Below, in pieces: positions 18,471 through 28,260 of a stretch of 64,000 nt of DNA. A program made the position numbers and the translations under genes. Under the pieces are notes generated by a model. The model saw only the letters and a list, made by a program, of their open reading frames with translations, was not told the origin of the DNA and searched no databases. This DNA is from Marinobacter sp. (GTDB taxonomy: Bacteria; Pseudomonadota; Gammaproteobacteria; Pseudomonadales; Oleiphilaceae): the NCBI RefSeq assembly GCF_035268745.1, contig NZ_DATFKH010000120.1, positions 21,161-85,160 of the forward strand, given 5' to 3'. The first letter of the stretch is position 1; each line of letters begins with the position of its first letter.

Positions 18471-20492
18471 GTGACCCTGAAACGCCAGTTGGTCATTGCC
18501 AGCGTGCTGATGCTGGTCATTCCCTGGGCCGGCCTGCAGTTCGTTCTGGAGCTGGACACTGCCCTGCGGCAGCAGGCGGCTACGCAACTGGAGCAACAGG
18601 CCGGCAGAGTGGCCAGCCTGATCGACGTTCCGGCAATTGATGAATCACGACCAGGTGGTAAACCGGTAACCTACGCCCCCACCCTTGACCGCTCGCTGGA
18701 ACCCGATGGCTACGGCTCCGACTGGCCCGAGTATGACGAAGAGCACAGCAGCCAGCCCTGGCAGGGCACTGGCACATTGCCCGATAATGCCACTCTGAAA
18801 TGGAGGGTGGCCGTGCAGGAAAACAATCTTTATCTGCTGGTCCGGATCAATAATCGCATGCAGGGTTTTTACCAACCGTCCCGGCCGGAGCAGCCGTTTG
18901 ATCAACTGCTAATCTCTATTGAGCAACCACAGGATGTCATCGAACGGCTTGTGCCGCGCCTAAGCCACGGCAGGATCAATGGGCTTGTACCAGGGAGGAG
19001 TAATGCGCTGGACTACAGATTTCGCGGAGCGTGGCAATTACCCGACAATAACGGCCACCAGCTTGAACTGCGACTGCCACGGCCGGAACAAGGCGCTGGA
19101 TTCGGCTTTCAATTGATGGGCCCGGTTGAGGAAAGCGAAAGCAGAACCAGCCGGCAACAGCCGCTGTTCGAATACCCTGATAGCCGGCTGATCAGCCGTC
19201 AGGCCCCACTGGAACAGCGGTTGGAACAGCTGATTGCACCCGGGCAGAGCGCCTGGGTTCTGCAACCGGAAGGCTGGGTGATCGCCCGGCAGACCCAACC
19301 CTCGAACCTCCGGAGACCGGCTTTCGACAGCCTGACGCCCGCCCAGATTCTCGAGCGCATCAGTCTCAACGCCCTGCGGGCACTGGTGCGGGCCTATCAG
19401 CCCGAACCGATCCTGGTCGATAGCGACGCCCACCAGTTCAGCGGTAGTGAACTGCCCGACCGCGGCCTGGTGCGCCACGGCAACGGCGATCTCTATCTGC
19501 TGACCACCGAAACCCTGGCCAGCGGCCACACGCTGGTGCTGGAGGAATCCCTGGATCAGATGCTGACCCTGTCCGGCAGCACCCTGGGTTCGGTGATTGC
19601 CCGCAGCGCCCTGCTTCTGATCGTGCTGACGCTGGCACTGCTGGGCTATGCCAGCTGGTTGTCCTGGCGTATCACCCGGCTGCAGCGAGCGGTCAGCGCC
19701 AGCATTGATGACGACGGCCGCCTGCTGCGAACCCTGCCACCGGTGACAGCGAAGGACGAACTTGGCGACCTGTCCCGCCAGTTCAGTCATCTTACCGAGC
19801 GGCTGCACGGCTACACCCACTATCTCGAAAGCTTCTCCCGCCGACTGTCCCACGAACTGAAAACCCCCATCGCCGTCGTGCGCTCGTCCCTGGAGAACCT
19901 CAGTCAGAGCGCCAGCGACGAAGACCGGGCAAACTATCTGGCCCGGGCCAGGACCGCGACCGACCGCCTGAGCCAGATTCTTCATGGCATGAGCGAGGCG
20001 GCACGGCTGGAACAGAGCCTGGACCATGCCGAAAAGGAAAGCTTTGATCTGGCCGATGTCTGCGTCCAGACCACCGCGGCTTATCAGTCACTGGCACCGG
20101 ATTTCCGGGTTCGCTATCAGGGTCCGCAGCAAGGGGTTCGATACCACGGCTCGCCGGAGCTGCTGGTGCAGTTGCTGGACAAACTGGTGGACAACGCCCG
20201 GGATTTCACACCGCAAGGCGGCCTGATCGAGATCAGCCTGCGCCGGGAGTCGCAATATCTGCTGCTGAGTGTGTTCAACCAGGGCTCCGCGCTGCCCGAA
20301 GAACTGGCCCAGGACATTTTCAGCCCCTTTGTATCGGTCCGCTCCCCGGGCCAGGAAGGACATCTTGGCCAGGGACTGCTGATCGCCCGGCTGATCGCCG
20401 AACACCATCGCGGGCGAATCCAGGCCGGCAATGAAAACGGAGGTGTCCGGTTCACCGTCGCGCTGCCCAAGGAACCTCTGACCAACTCCTGA
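18471..20492 (+). CDS. pdsS: Sortase-system sensor histidine kinase PdsS
   Basis: TM, large periplasmic domain, TM, HAMP, H-box LSHELKTPIAVVRSSLENL, GHLGQGL. Confidence 0.85.
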   Translation: MTLKRQLVIASVLMLVIPWAGLQFVLELDTALRQQAATQLEQQAGRVASLIDVPAIDESRPGGKPVTYAPTLDRSLEPDGYGSDWPEYDEEHSSQPWQGTGTLPDNATLKWRVAVQENNLYLLVRINNRMQGFYQPSRPEQPFDQLLISIEQPQDVIERLVPRLSHGRINGLVPGRSNALDYRFRGAWQLPDNNGHQLELRLPRPEQGAGFGFQLMGPVEESESRTSRQQPLFEYPDSRLISRQAPLEQRLEQLIAPGQSAWVLQPEGWVIARQTQPSNLRRPAFDSLTPAQILERISLNALRALVRAYQPEPILVDSDAHQFSGSELPDRGLVRHGNGDLYLLTTETLASGHTLVLEESLDQMLTLSGSTLGSVIARSALLLIVLTLALLGYASWLSWRITRLQRAVSASIDDDGRLLRTLPPVTAKDELGDLSRQFSHLTERLHGYTHYLESFSRRLSHELKTPIAVVRSSLENLSQSASDEDRANYLARARTATDRLSQILHGMSEAARLEQSLDHAEKESFDLADVCVQTTAAYQSLAPDFRVRYQGPQQGVRYHGSPELLVQLLDKLVDNARDFTPQGGLIEISLRRESQYLLLSVFNQGSALPEELAQDIFSPFVSVRSPGQEGHLGQGLLIARLIAEHHRGRIQAGNENGGVRFTVALPKEPLTNS

Positions 20493-20585
20493 ACCGTCGC
20501 CTGACCCCGGCGGTGGAAACCTGCGAATCCGTCAACAACCCCCTGGATGATCTGTCCCGGTGTATCGGCCGGGCGTCAGACCAGG

Positions 20586-21362
20586 CTAACTGAACGTGCC
20601 CGCAAACTGACGGTAGAACTGTTGGGCGGTCCGGCCATTGCGAACACCCTTGGCAGTGGCAAACCGGATCGCCTCCTGATGCAGGGCAGCACGGTTCCGG
20701 ATCTCCGGAAACAGTGCATCCACCGCCTGCAGATAGATGTCCTGGGGAAACGGATAGAACGACAGCTGGAGACCAAACCGGTCCGCCAGTGATACCTGCT
20801 CCTCAATGGCCTCAGCCGGATGAAGTTCGCCATCACGGACCTGGCTCTGCAGGTTGTCCGCCATGAACTCCGGCATCAGGTGGCGGCGGTTGGATGTGGC
20901 ATAGACCCGGACGTTTTCCGGCGGCAGTTCCAGTGAACCTTCCAGTACACTCTTCAGGGCCTTATAACCGGACTCGCCGGCATCAAAGGAAAGGTCGTCG
21001 CAGAAAATCACAAACCGGAATCGCAGATCGCACAGATCATCGACAATTTCCGGCAGGTTGACCAGGTCATCCTTGTCCACCTCGATCATGCGCAGTCCCT
21101 GATCCCTGTAGCGATTCAGCAGCGCCTTGATCAGCGAGGACTTGCCGGTGCCCCGGGAGCCCCAGAGCAGGGCATTGTTGGAGGGCTCACCGGCAAGAAA
21201 CCGCTCGGTGTTGCGGCCCAGCGCCTGCCGCTGGCGATCAATACCCTTCAGACTCTCCCACTGCACCGGATCGAGCCGGCGAATGCCCCGCAGAACACCA
21301 CGGTGTCGGCGCCAGACTGCGGCGTGGGTCGATTCCCAGTCGATAGTTCCAGGTTCGCCCAT
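20586..21362 (-). CDS. DUF815 family AAA+ ATPase
   Basis: Walker A WGSRGTGKSS, FCDDLSF, YKALKSVLEGS, ATSNRRHL. Start moved to ATG 21362, just after the upstream stop. Confidence 0.88.
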   Translation of the reverse strand: MGEPGTIDWESTHAAVWRRHRGVLRGIRRLDPVQWESLKGIDRQRQALGRNTERFLAGEPSNNALLWGSRGTGKSSLIKALLNRYRDQGLRMIEVDKDDLVNLPEIVDDLCDLRFRFVIFCDDLSFDAGESGYKALKSVLEGSLELPPENVRVYATSNRRHLMPEFMADNLQSQVRDGELHPAEAIEEQVSLADRFGLQLSFYPFPQDIYLQAVDALFPEIRNRAALHQEAIRFATAKGVRNGRTAQQFYRQFAGTFS

Positions 21363-21366
21363 GGCT

Positions 21367-22092
21367 TCAGCTCCCGCTCTTTGTTGCCAGATACACGGTG
21401 TTGGTGGACTCCCGATTCTGGAAAGGATTGTAGAAAGACACCACGCGGGCCTCCACACCCACAAACAGCCCTCTAAGCGTCTTTATAAAAGGTTCGTCCG
21501 GCGGATCGTTGGACCACATGGCGAATACCCCGCCAGGTTCAAGAAAGCGCGCCATCCTGCCAAGGCTTTCAGTGGTGTAGAAACTGGCGTTGGACTGGTT
21601 CAGCAGTGCCCGGGGTGAGTGATCGATATCCAGCAAAATCGCATTGAACAGACGCCCTGGCAACTCCGGATCAAACCCGCCATCTGAAATCGCAAAATCA
21701 AAAAAACTGCCCAGCACATAGCGGCAGCGCGAATCTTCATTCAACACCTTTCCCAGGGGCACCTTCTCCTGCTGGTGCCAGTGAATCACCGTATCCAGAG
21801 CATCCACGACCAGAAGCTCATTTACCCGGTCGTGACCCAGCGCCGCTTCGGCGGTATAGCCGAGGCCAAGGCCGCCCACCACCACATCCAGCGACTCGCC
21901 CTCCGCCCGCTCAATAGCGAGATCCGCCAGCGCTATTTCGGCATCCACGAACATGCTGGACATCAGAAACTCATCACCCAGCTTCACCTCAAAAATATCC
22001 CGCTCACCCAACGCCGGAATACGGCGGCGCCGGAGGGTGATCTCACCCAGCGCCGAAGGCTGGCTGTCTATTTCCTCGAACATCAGACCCAT
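21367..22092 (-). CDS. Spermidine-synthase-like SAM-dependent methyltransferase
   Basis: VVVGGLGLGYTA SAM motif, ILLDIDHSP. Confidence 0.8.
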   Translation of the reverse strand: MGLMFEEIDSQPSALGEITLRRRRIPALGERDIFEVKLGDEFLMSSMFVDAEIALADLAIERAEGESLDVVVGGLGLGYTAEAALGHDRVNELLVVDALDTVIHWHQQEKVPLGKVLNEDSRCRYVLGSFFDFAISDGGFDPELPGRLFNAILLDIDHSPRALLNQSNASFYTTESLGRMARFLEPGGVFAMWSNDPPDEPFIKTLRGLFVGVEARVVSFYNPFQNRESTNTVYLATKSGS

Positions 22093-22309
22093 GGGATTTC
22101 TCCGAATTTCCGTGGGCGGATTCTAGCAGCCTGATGCCCGATAACAGAACAAAACCTCCTTTAACTTGAAGCCAACGAAAAAAATCCGGAAACTTCTTCG
22201 GTCACCACGCGACGGTGGCGCTTATTCCGGAAGTCAGCCATTCCATGCCCCCCATGAAACAGGATTTCCGGACACCTCGAAAACCGATAAAGAAGACGGG
22301 ACGTCACCC

Positions 22310-22843
22310 ATGACCATTATCAAGAACACCCTTATCGCGGCAACGGCTGCAGCATCAGTTCTGGCGGCGGGATCAGCCGCCGCGGAAAACCGGATCATGA
22401 TGGGTTTTAACCCTTTCCAGGGAATCTTGGACAATGTTGGTAACGCTGTATCGAATAGTGGCGCGTCTAGCAGCGTCTCTGCGCCATCCTATATGGTCGG
22501 CATGCGGACAAGCGATCAACTGATGCCTTACGCTTTCCTGTCGATTGTTGACACCGGGGTCCAGGGAGCAGATACCATTTTCTCCCTGGGCGGCGGCGCC
22601 AGGTACTATCTGGACAATGTTTCCCAGAATATCCGGCCCTTCGCCGGAGCCGCAATTGGTATTGTCGATAGGGAAGATACCGGTTTTGGCGTTGGCGCAT
22701 TTTTTGGCGCTGAAGCCATGATCACCGAGTCGTTTTCGGTGAGCGGCCAGATTGGCGCCGAGATTGCGGACAGTGGCCGCGCGAATAGCAGCACCGCTAT
22801 TTCCCTGGGCACAGCCAACGTCATGTTCAATCTGTACTTCTGA
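22310..22843 (+). CDS. Small outer-membrane beta-barrel protein
   Basis: Signal peptide MTIIKNTLIAATAAASVLAAGSAAA, alternating beta strands, terminal NLYF. Confidence 0.8.
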   Translation: MTIIKNTLIAATAAASVLAAGSAAAENRIMMGFNPFQGILDNVGNAVSNSGASSSVSAPSYMVGMRTSDQLMPYAFLSIVDTGVQGADTIFSLGGGARYYLDNVSQNIRPFAGAAIGIVDREDTGFGVGAFFGAEAMITESFSVSGQIGAEIADSGRANSSTAISLGTANVMFNLYF

Positions 22844-22861
22844 TCTGAATAATGCCTGTGG

Positions 22862-22886
22862 CAGCGCTGCTTTCGCGGCAGCGCTG
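22862..22886. terminator. Hairpin after the beta-barrel gene
   Basis: CAGCGCTGC-tttcgcg-GCAGCGCTG, 9-bp stem. Confidence 0.4.
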
Positions 22887-22909
22887 AAATTGCCTGGAAG
22901 GGAATTTCT

Positions 22910-25801
22910 CTGAACACAATTTTCCACGCCCTCAGCGCCACTCTGGCCCTTCTGTTGCTGTCGTTGCCCGCCTGGCCGGCGGACCATCAGACCGTATCCG
23001 TGGGCGTCGTTGCCGATAACACGCCCTACTCCAATATCGAAGGTCGCACCCCGTCGGGGTTCTCGATCGACGTTCTCCGGGAAGTGGCCAGCCACGCCGC
23101 TCTGGACCTGGACGTTCGTGCCGGTACCTGGCCGGAGATCTTTGCGGCGTTCCAGCGCGGTGACATCGATGTCATCGAAGGCATCTCCTATAGCGACGAG
23201 CGGGCCCGGACCATTCGGTTCACCGAGCCCTATCACATCCGCCAGACCTATGTGATGCATGATCCGGCAAACCCGATAACCGACGTTGGCTCCCTGGAGG
23301 CGCTCGCCAATGCCAGCATCGGGGTGGTCGGGGATGTCTACTACGCGCGCGCTCTCGCCGACGCTGACGTTGAGCTCAACAGCTATGACTCGATACCCAG
23401 TCTGGTGCGGGCCCTCGCCTTCGGCTGGGTGGATGCTATCTTCGGGCCGGAACTGACCCTTGAATACTACGCCCACCAGGCCGGCTTCCGGTTTCTGGAC
23501 ATTGTCGGCCCCGCACCCCTGGGGGCGCTGGCCCGGGAAGACTTTCGCCTGGGTGTGCTGAAAGGCAACGATGCGTTGTTTGAAAAGATAAGTGAGGGGC
23601 TGCAAGCCGTTCCCGACGCCCGCATTACTGAACTGTTCGAGCGTTGGCGCGAATACGGCGGCGCCAGCATGGCCGAATCCCGTGGATTCAGTCTCAGTGC
23701 TGTCCACCAGCGTTACATCAGCGAAATTGGCCCGGTCAGGGTCGGCTTTATGACGGACTACGCCCCCTTCAGTTTCCAGGATGCAGGAGCGATTCAGGGT
23801 CTGGCCGTTGATGTGATGGACCGGATATCCGATCTCACCGGTCTGCATGTTGTACCTGTGGCAGGGCAATGGTCCGAACTGCACCCCATGTTTCTGGCGG
23901 GTAAAATCGATGTCATGGCCAACATGTCGCAGACCGCTGCGCGGCAGGAGTACACTCGTTTTACCAGGCCCTATCACATTATTCCCAACGTCGCTTTCAC
24001 CCTTGATAAAAACCTGCAGTTCAATTCCCCGGCAGACCTGAAAGGGCTCAAGGTGGCCATCGGCGCGGGCATCTACTACGAGAGTGCATTTCGCGACCAA
24101 CTGGGCGATAGCGTGTTTGCTTTCACCTCCCAGCGCGCCATGTTTCAGGCCCTGGCCGAAGGTTCCGTGGACGTTGCCCTGGCCGCGCTGTCCAATGGCA
24201 ACTATTGGGTCAGGGAATTGCAGATTCCGGGGGTTATCATCGCCGGCGAAACAGATCTCGGCGGCATGTCCGGCGAAGACCTGCGTTTTGGTGTTCGCCC
24301 TGCCCTTGAACCACTCGCCGCCCTGATGGATGCCGCGCTGGGTGCGATCAGCCCGACAGAAATGCGTACCATAGAAGACCGGTGGCTCGGTGCCTCTGCC
24401 ATTCGCAGCCCGATCCCTGAGGTCAGGTCAGTGACCTTTACCGATGCCGAACAGGCGTGGCTGGATGAGCGTAACCAGCAGCTGAAGCTCTGTGTTGATC
24501 CGGACTGGCTTCCCCTCGAGGCGCTCAATGAAGACAACCAACACACCGGGATTGCCGCTGACACCTTCGCCCTGTTCTCCGAGCGTTCCGGCGTAGCCTT
24601 CCCCCCATTCGTCGCGGAAACCTGGGCCGACTCGGTCGAAGCCGCCAGAAATCGCCGGTGCGACCTGTTCTCCATGGCTATGGAAACACCGGAACGACTT
24701 GAATACATGAGTTTCACCAGGCCTTACCTCCGGGTTCCAGGGGTGCTGATAGGCCGGGTCGAGACCCCATTTATCAGGCGGCTCGACGATATGGGGAGTC
24801 AGCCGGTTGGCATTGTCGAGGGGTACGCCTTGCTGGAACTGTTGAGGACTACCCACCCCGGCCTCAACCTGGTAACGGTTGGCAACGAAAAAGAAGGGCT
24901 GCGAATGGTTCAGGAACGGGAACTGGCAGGCTTTATAAGTACCTTTTCCTCGGCCAGCTATCACCTGCAGGAGCTGGGACTGGCAGACCTGAAAGTGCTG
25001 GGCAGAATCCCGGCGGACTGGTCCCTGGCAGTTGCCACCCGGAATGACCAGCCGGAACTGTTCAGCATTATGCAAAAACTGGTCGCCAGCCTGACCAAAG
25101 CAGAACGTAACACCATCGAGCAGCAATGGGCCGGCGTCATCCAGCCCGAACCCGTGGTGGATTACCGGCTGGCATTCCAGCTGACGCTCGGGGCCATGGT
25201 CATCCTCGGCCTGCTGTTTTACTGGAACCGCAAGCTCGGTAGGCTGAACCGGCAACTTGCGGCGGCCAATGATCGCCTTGCCTTCCTCAGCGTCACTGAC
25301 GACCTGACCCAGATCGGAAACCGCAGTTATTTTGACCAGGAATTCGGCAAAAGCTTTCGCTGGTGCCAGCGAAACCATACGGGGTTTGCGGTTGCCATGG
25401 TAGATGCGGACCACTTCAAGATAATCAACGACACCTACGGCCACGATGCGGGTGACCAGTGCCTGATTGCGCTGGCCGGTATCATGCGCGATCATTTCCG
25501 CCGGGACACCGACCACCTTACCCGCTTCGGCGGTGAGGAATTCGTCATTTTTACCAGCTTCGATGACCGCGGCGAACTGGTTTCGCGACTCGAGGGTTTC
25601 CGCGCCGGCCTGGCCCGGCAGAACATCAGCTACAACGGGCAGCAGATCAGGTTTACCATCAGTATTGGCCTGGCCATCGGGACTCCCGACAAGGATACCG
25701 CTCCGGCCGAATTCCTTCGTCTGGCCGACAACGCGCTCTATGTGGCCAAACAGAACGGCCGTAATCGCCTCGAAATCCTCACCACCAGGAACAGCAATTA
25801 A
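22910..25801 (+). CDS. Diguanylate cyclase with three tandem periplasmic family-3 SBP domains
   Basis: Three SBP repeats, TM, GGEEF with intact RxxD I-site (RDTD). Start placed at in-frame CTG 22910 to complete the signal peptide; the ORF track starts at TTG 22955. Confidence 0.88.
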   Translation: MNTIFHALSATLALLLLSLPAWPADHQTVSVGVVADNTPYSNIEGRTPSGFSIDVLREVASHAALDLDVRAGTWPEIFAAFQRGDIDVIEGISYSDERARTIRFTEPYHIRQTYVMHDPANPITDVGSLEALANASIGVVGDVYYARALADADVELNSYDSIPSLVRALAFGWVDAIFGPELTLEYYAHQAGFRFLDIVGPAPLGALAREDFRLGVLKGNDALFEKISEGLQAVPDARITELFERWREYGGASMAESRGFSLSAVHQRYISEIGPVRVGFMTDYAPFSFQDAGAIQGLAVDVMDRISDLTGLHVVPVAGQWSELHPMFLAGKIDVMANMSQTAARQEYTRFTRPYHIIPNVAFTLDKNLQFNSPADLKGLKVAIGAGIYYESAFRDQLGDSVFAFTSQRAMFQALAEGSVDVALAALSNGNYWVRELQIPGVIIAGETDLGGMSGEDLRFGVRPALEPLAALMDAALGAISPTEMRTIEDRWLGASAIRSPIPEVRSVTFTDAEQAWLDERNQQLKLCVDPDWLPLEALNEDNQHTGIAADTFALFSERSGVAFPPFVAETWADSVEAARNRRCDLFSMAMETPERLEYMSFTRPYLRVPGVLIGRVETPFIRRLDDMGSQPVGIVEGYALLELLRTTHPGLNLVTVGNEKEGLRMVQERELAGFISTFSSASYHLQELGLADLKVLGRIPADWSLAVATRNDQPELFSIMQKLVASLTKAERNTIEQQWAGVIQPEPVVDYRLAFQLTLGAMVILGLLFYWNRKLGRLNRQLAAANDRLAFLSVTDDLTQIGNRSYFDQEFGKSFRWCQRNHTGFAVAMVDADHFKIINDTYGHDAGDQCLIALAGIMRDHFRRDTDHLTRFGGEEFVIFTSFDDRGELVSRLEGFRAGLARQNISYNGQQIRFTISIGLAIGTPDKDTAPAEFLRLADNALYVAKQNGRNRLEILTTRNSN

Positions 25802-25894
25802 CTGGCGGCCGGACCGCGTAATGCTATGCTTCGGTAATACTGATGGATAAACAAAGTGAGCGGATCAGTAAGTCAAGTACAAAAGGAGGTTAAC

Positions 25895-26866
25895 ATGGCC
25901 AATATTTACCCGGACAACTCCCGCTCGATCGGCAAAACCCCGCTGGTGCAGCTTAATCGGGTCAACGACGGAGCTACCATCTGGGCCAAGATTGAAGGTC
26001 GCAATCCGGCCTACTCGGTGAAATGCCGGATCGGTGCAGCCATGATCTGGGATGCGGAGGAACGCGGTCTACTCAGATCCGATATGACCATCGTTGAGCC
26101 CACCAGCGGCAACACCGGCATCGCCCTGGCCTTTGTAGCTGCCGCGCGGGGCTACAGACTGTTGCTGACCATGCCCTCCTCGATGAGTCTGGAGCGGCGC
26201 AAGGTACTGAAAGCCCTGGGGGCCGAACTGGTCCTTACGGAACCAGCCAAAGGCATGAAGGGTGCGATCGCCAGGGCCGAGGAGATTGTTGCCCAGGATC
26301 CGGACCGGCACTTCATGCCGCAGCAGTTTGAGAACCCCGCCAATCCCCGTATCCACGAAGACACCACCGGCCCGGAGATCTGGAACGATACCGACGGCGC
26401 TGTGGATATCTTTGTCTCCGGTGTGGGTACCGGCGGAACTCTTACCGGTGTCACCCGCTACATCCGCAACACCCGGGGCAAGGCCATCACCACCATCGCC
26501 GTGGAACCTGAGGACTCTCCCATCATTACCCAGGCTCGTGGTGGTCAGGAACTGACGCCCGCTCCCCATAAAATCCAGGGCATCGGCGCCGGCTTTATTC
26601 CGGGCAACCTGGACATGGAGCTGGTAGACAGGGTCGAGACAGTGAGCAACCAGGCGGCCATGGACATGGCCCACCGGCTGATGCAGGAGGAAGGCATTAT
26701 GTGTGGTATTTCCTGCGGCGCGGCGGTTGTTGCAGCGGTAAGAATCGGCAAGCTACCGGAGTTCAAGGGCAGGAACATCGTCGTGGTACTGCCGGATTCC
26801 GCCGAGCGCTACCTTTCGTCCGCACTGTTTACCGACCGTTTCGGCGAACTGGAAAACGTGCAGTAG
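25895..26866 (+). CDS. cysK: Cysteine synthase A
   Basis: [13 protein letters not shown] lysine, [33 protein letters not shown] before ATG 25895. Confidence 0.95.
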   Translation: MANIYPDNSRSIGKTPLVQLNRVNDGATIWAKIEGRNPAYSVKCRIGAAMIWDAEERGLLRSDMTIVEPTSGNTGIALAFVAAARGYRLLLTMPSSMSLERRKVLKALGAELVLTEPAKGMKGAIARAEEIVAQDPDRHFMPQQFENPANPRIHEDTTGPEIWNDTDGAVDIFVSGVGTGGTLTGVTRYIRNTRGKAITTIAVEPEDSPIITQARGGQELTPAPHKIQGIGAGFIPGNLDMELVDRVETVSNQAAMDMAHRLMQEEGIMCGISCGAAVVAAVRIGKLPEFKGRNIVVVLPDSAERYLSSALFTDRFGELENVQ

Positions 26867-26906
26867 AGCTGTACCATGGATTCATTATCACAGAGCGGAA
26901 CCTGAC

Positions 26907-27167
26907 ATGAGCGATCTTAAAACCCGGTTCGACGAGGCCGTAAAATACATCCAGAACGCCGAGGGCGACTTCCAGCCGTCCAACGAGATGAAGCTGGAAT
27001 TCTACGGCCTTTACAAACAGGCAACCTCGGGCGATGTTACCGGCAAACGCCCGGGCATGATGGATTTTGTCAATCGCGCCAAATACGACGCCTGGGAAAA
27101 GCTAAAAGGTACCTCATCGGAGGAGGCCATGCAGCTGTACATCGACAAGCTCAATCAACTTAAATAA
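26907..27167 (+). CDS. Acyl-CoA-binding protein
   Basis: KLEFYGLYKQAT.GD..RPG..DF..RAKYDAW. Confidence 0.92.
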   Translation: MSDLKTRFDEAVKYIQNAEGDFQPSNEMKLEFYGLYKQATSGDVTGKRPGMMDFVNRAKYDAWEKLKGTSSEEAMQLYIDKLNQLK

Positions 27168-27197
27168 GCCACCAAAAGGGTCCTGGCCGAGTGTCCC

Positions 27198-27689
27198 TCA
27201 CTTCTCTGGCGGCACGGGCTCATAACGAATGCCGGTGATAACAGTCTGTCTGAAGCCCTCCGGGGTACGGACACGGACTTCGTCGTCCACCCGCTTTCCC
27301 AGCAGCGCCCGGGCCATTGGTGCATCGATGCTCAGGTAGCCGCGGGACAGGTCAAACTCGTCCGGGCCTACCAGGCGATAGGTATGAACCGAGCCATCGT
27401 CATTCTCAATGGTGACCCAGGCGCCAAAGAACACCCGGTTGCGGTCCTCCGGCAAGCGGTCCACAACCGTGATTTCCTCCAGGCGTTTACTGAGAAAGCG
27501 TACCCGCCGGTCAATTTCACGCAGTTGCTTCTTGCCATAGATGTATTCGGCGTTTTCCGATCGATCTCCCTGCGCCGCTGCTTCCCTCACCGCCTGGGTT
27601 ACCTCCGGCCGCTTTTCTTTCCACAGGAAACGGAGCTCCTCCCGCAGCGCCTGCTCACCGGCCGCGGTGATGTAGCGTGTTCTGGCCAT
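27198..27689 (-). CDS. greB: Transcription elongation factor GreB
   Basis: YIT..G..L..EL..LW..RP.VT, GDRSENAEYIYGKKQLREIDRRVRFL. Confidence 0.96.
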   Translation of the reverse strand: MARTRYITAAGEQALREELRFLWKEKRPEVTQAVREAAAQGDRSENAEYIYGKKQLREIDRRVRFLSKRLEEITVVDRLPEDRNRVFFGAWVTIENDDGSVHTYRLVGPDEFDLSRGYLSIDAPMARALLGKRVDDEVRVRTPEGFRQTVITGIRYEPVPPEK

Positions 27690-27738
27690 AATCTGCCCAC
27701 CCTTCGGAGGTTGGAGGTCCGCAATAACATTCGGACAT

Positions 27739-27763
27739 AAAAAAACCCCGTAAATACGGGGTT
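27739..27763 (-). terminator. Rho-independent terminator upstream of greB
   Basis: Minus strand AACCCCGU-AUUU-ACGGGGUU, ending in a 7-U tract (27745-27739). Confidence 0.8.
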
Positions 27764-27818
27764 AAACTAGCGTTGTGCTGGAGGAGGATGCAAGGGAAAA
27801 CCACTTCTTCAATCTTAC
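27739..27818 (-). ncRNA. Candidate small RNA with CU-rich anti-SD seed
   Basis: CATAAT -10 at 27830-27825, internal CAUCCUCCUCCAG, intrinsic terminator. No known family recognised. Confidence 0.4.
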
Positions 27819-27972
27819 CCTTTCATTATGCACAACCCACCTTACCGGCGAGTTGCGTTATGGTTACGTTTTGGACAGGGTCGGTATTAGGTTGTTCGCT
27901 CTAGAGTTCTACCGTAGATTCCGTGGCAATAAAGTGATTCCGGAACTTTTGTGCATTCTGACGGGGACAACC

Positions 27973-28260
27973 ATGATAACTCAACAACTTCTTGATACAG
28001 CCCTCAAAGGGCTTGACCGGCTCGGCTTCCGGCTTGACCAGTATGGCATCACCGGCAAGCTCAATCGTCACAACCTGACGGCATTTATTGCGCAGGAACA
28101 AAAACACCTTGAAGGCGAGTGGGACAGTATCCAGGTCAGATTCGATCGTCGTCGTTCGCAGGTCGAGGGCGTGCTGGCCGCCTTTGAGGCCCGGACTGAT
28201 CCTCTGGTGAAGCCCCTGATCAGCCGATTCAATCAGTTGCGTGGCGCATCCGGTAACTGA
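27973..28260 (+). CDS. Hypothetical helical protein, 95 aa
   Basis: GGGGA RBS before ATG 27973, coherent amphipathic sequence. Function unknown. Confidence 0.6.
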   Translation: MITQQLLDTALKGLDRLGFRLDQYGITGKLNRHNLTAFIAQEQKHLEGEWDSIQVRFDRRRSQVEGVLAAFEARTDPLVKPLISRFNQLRGASGN

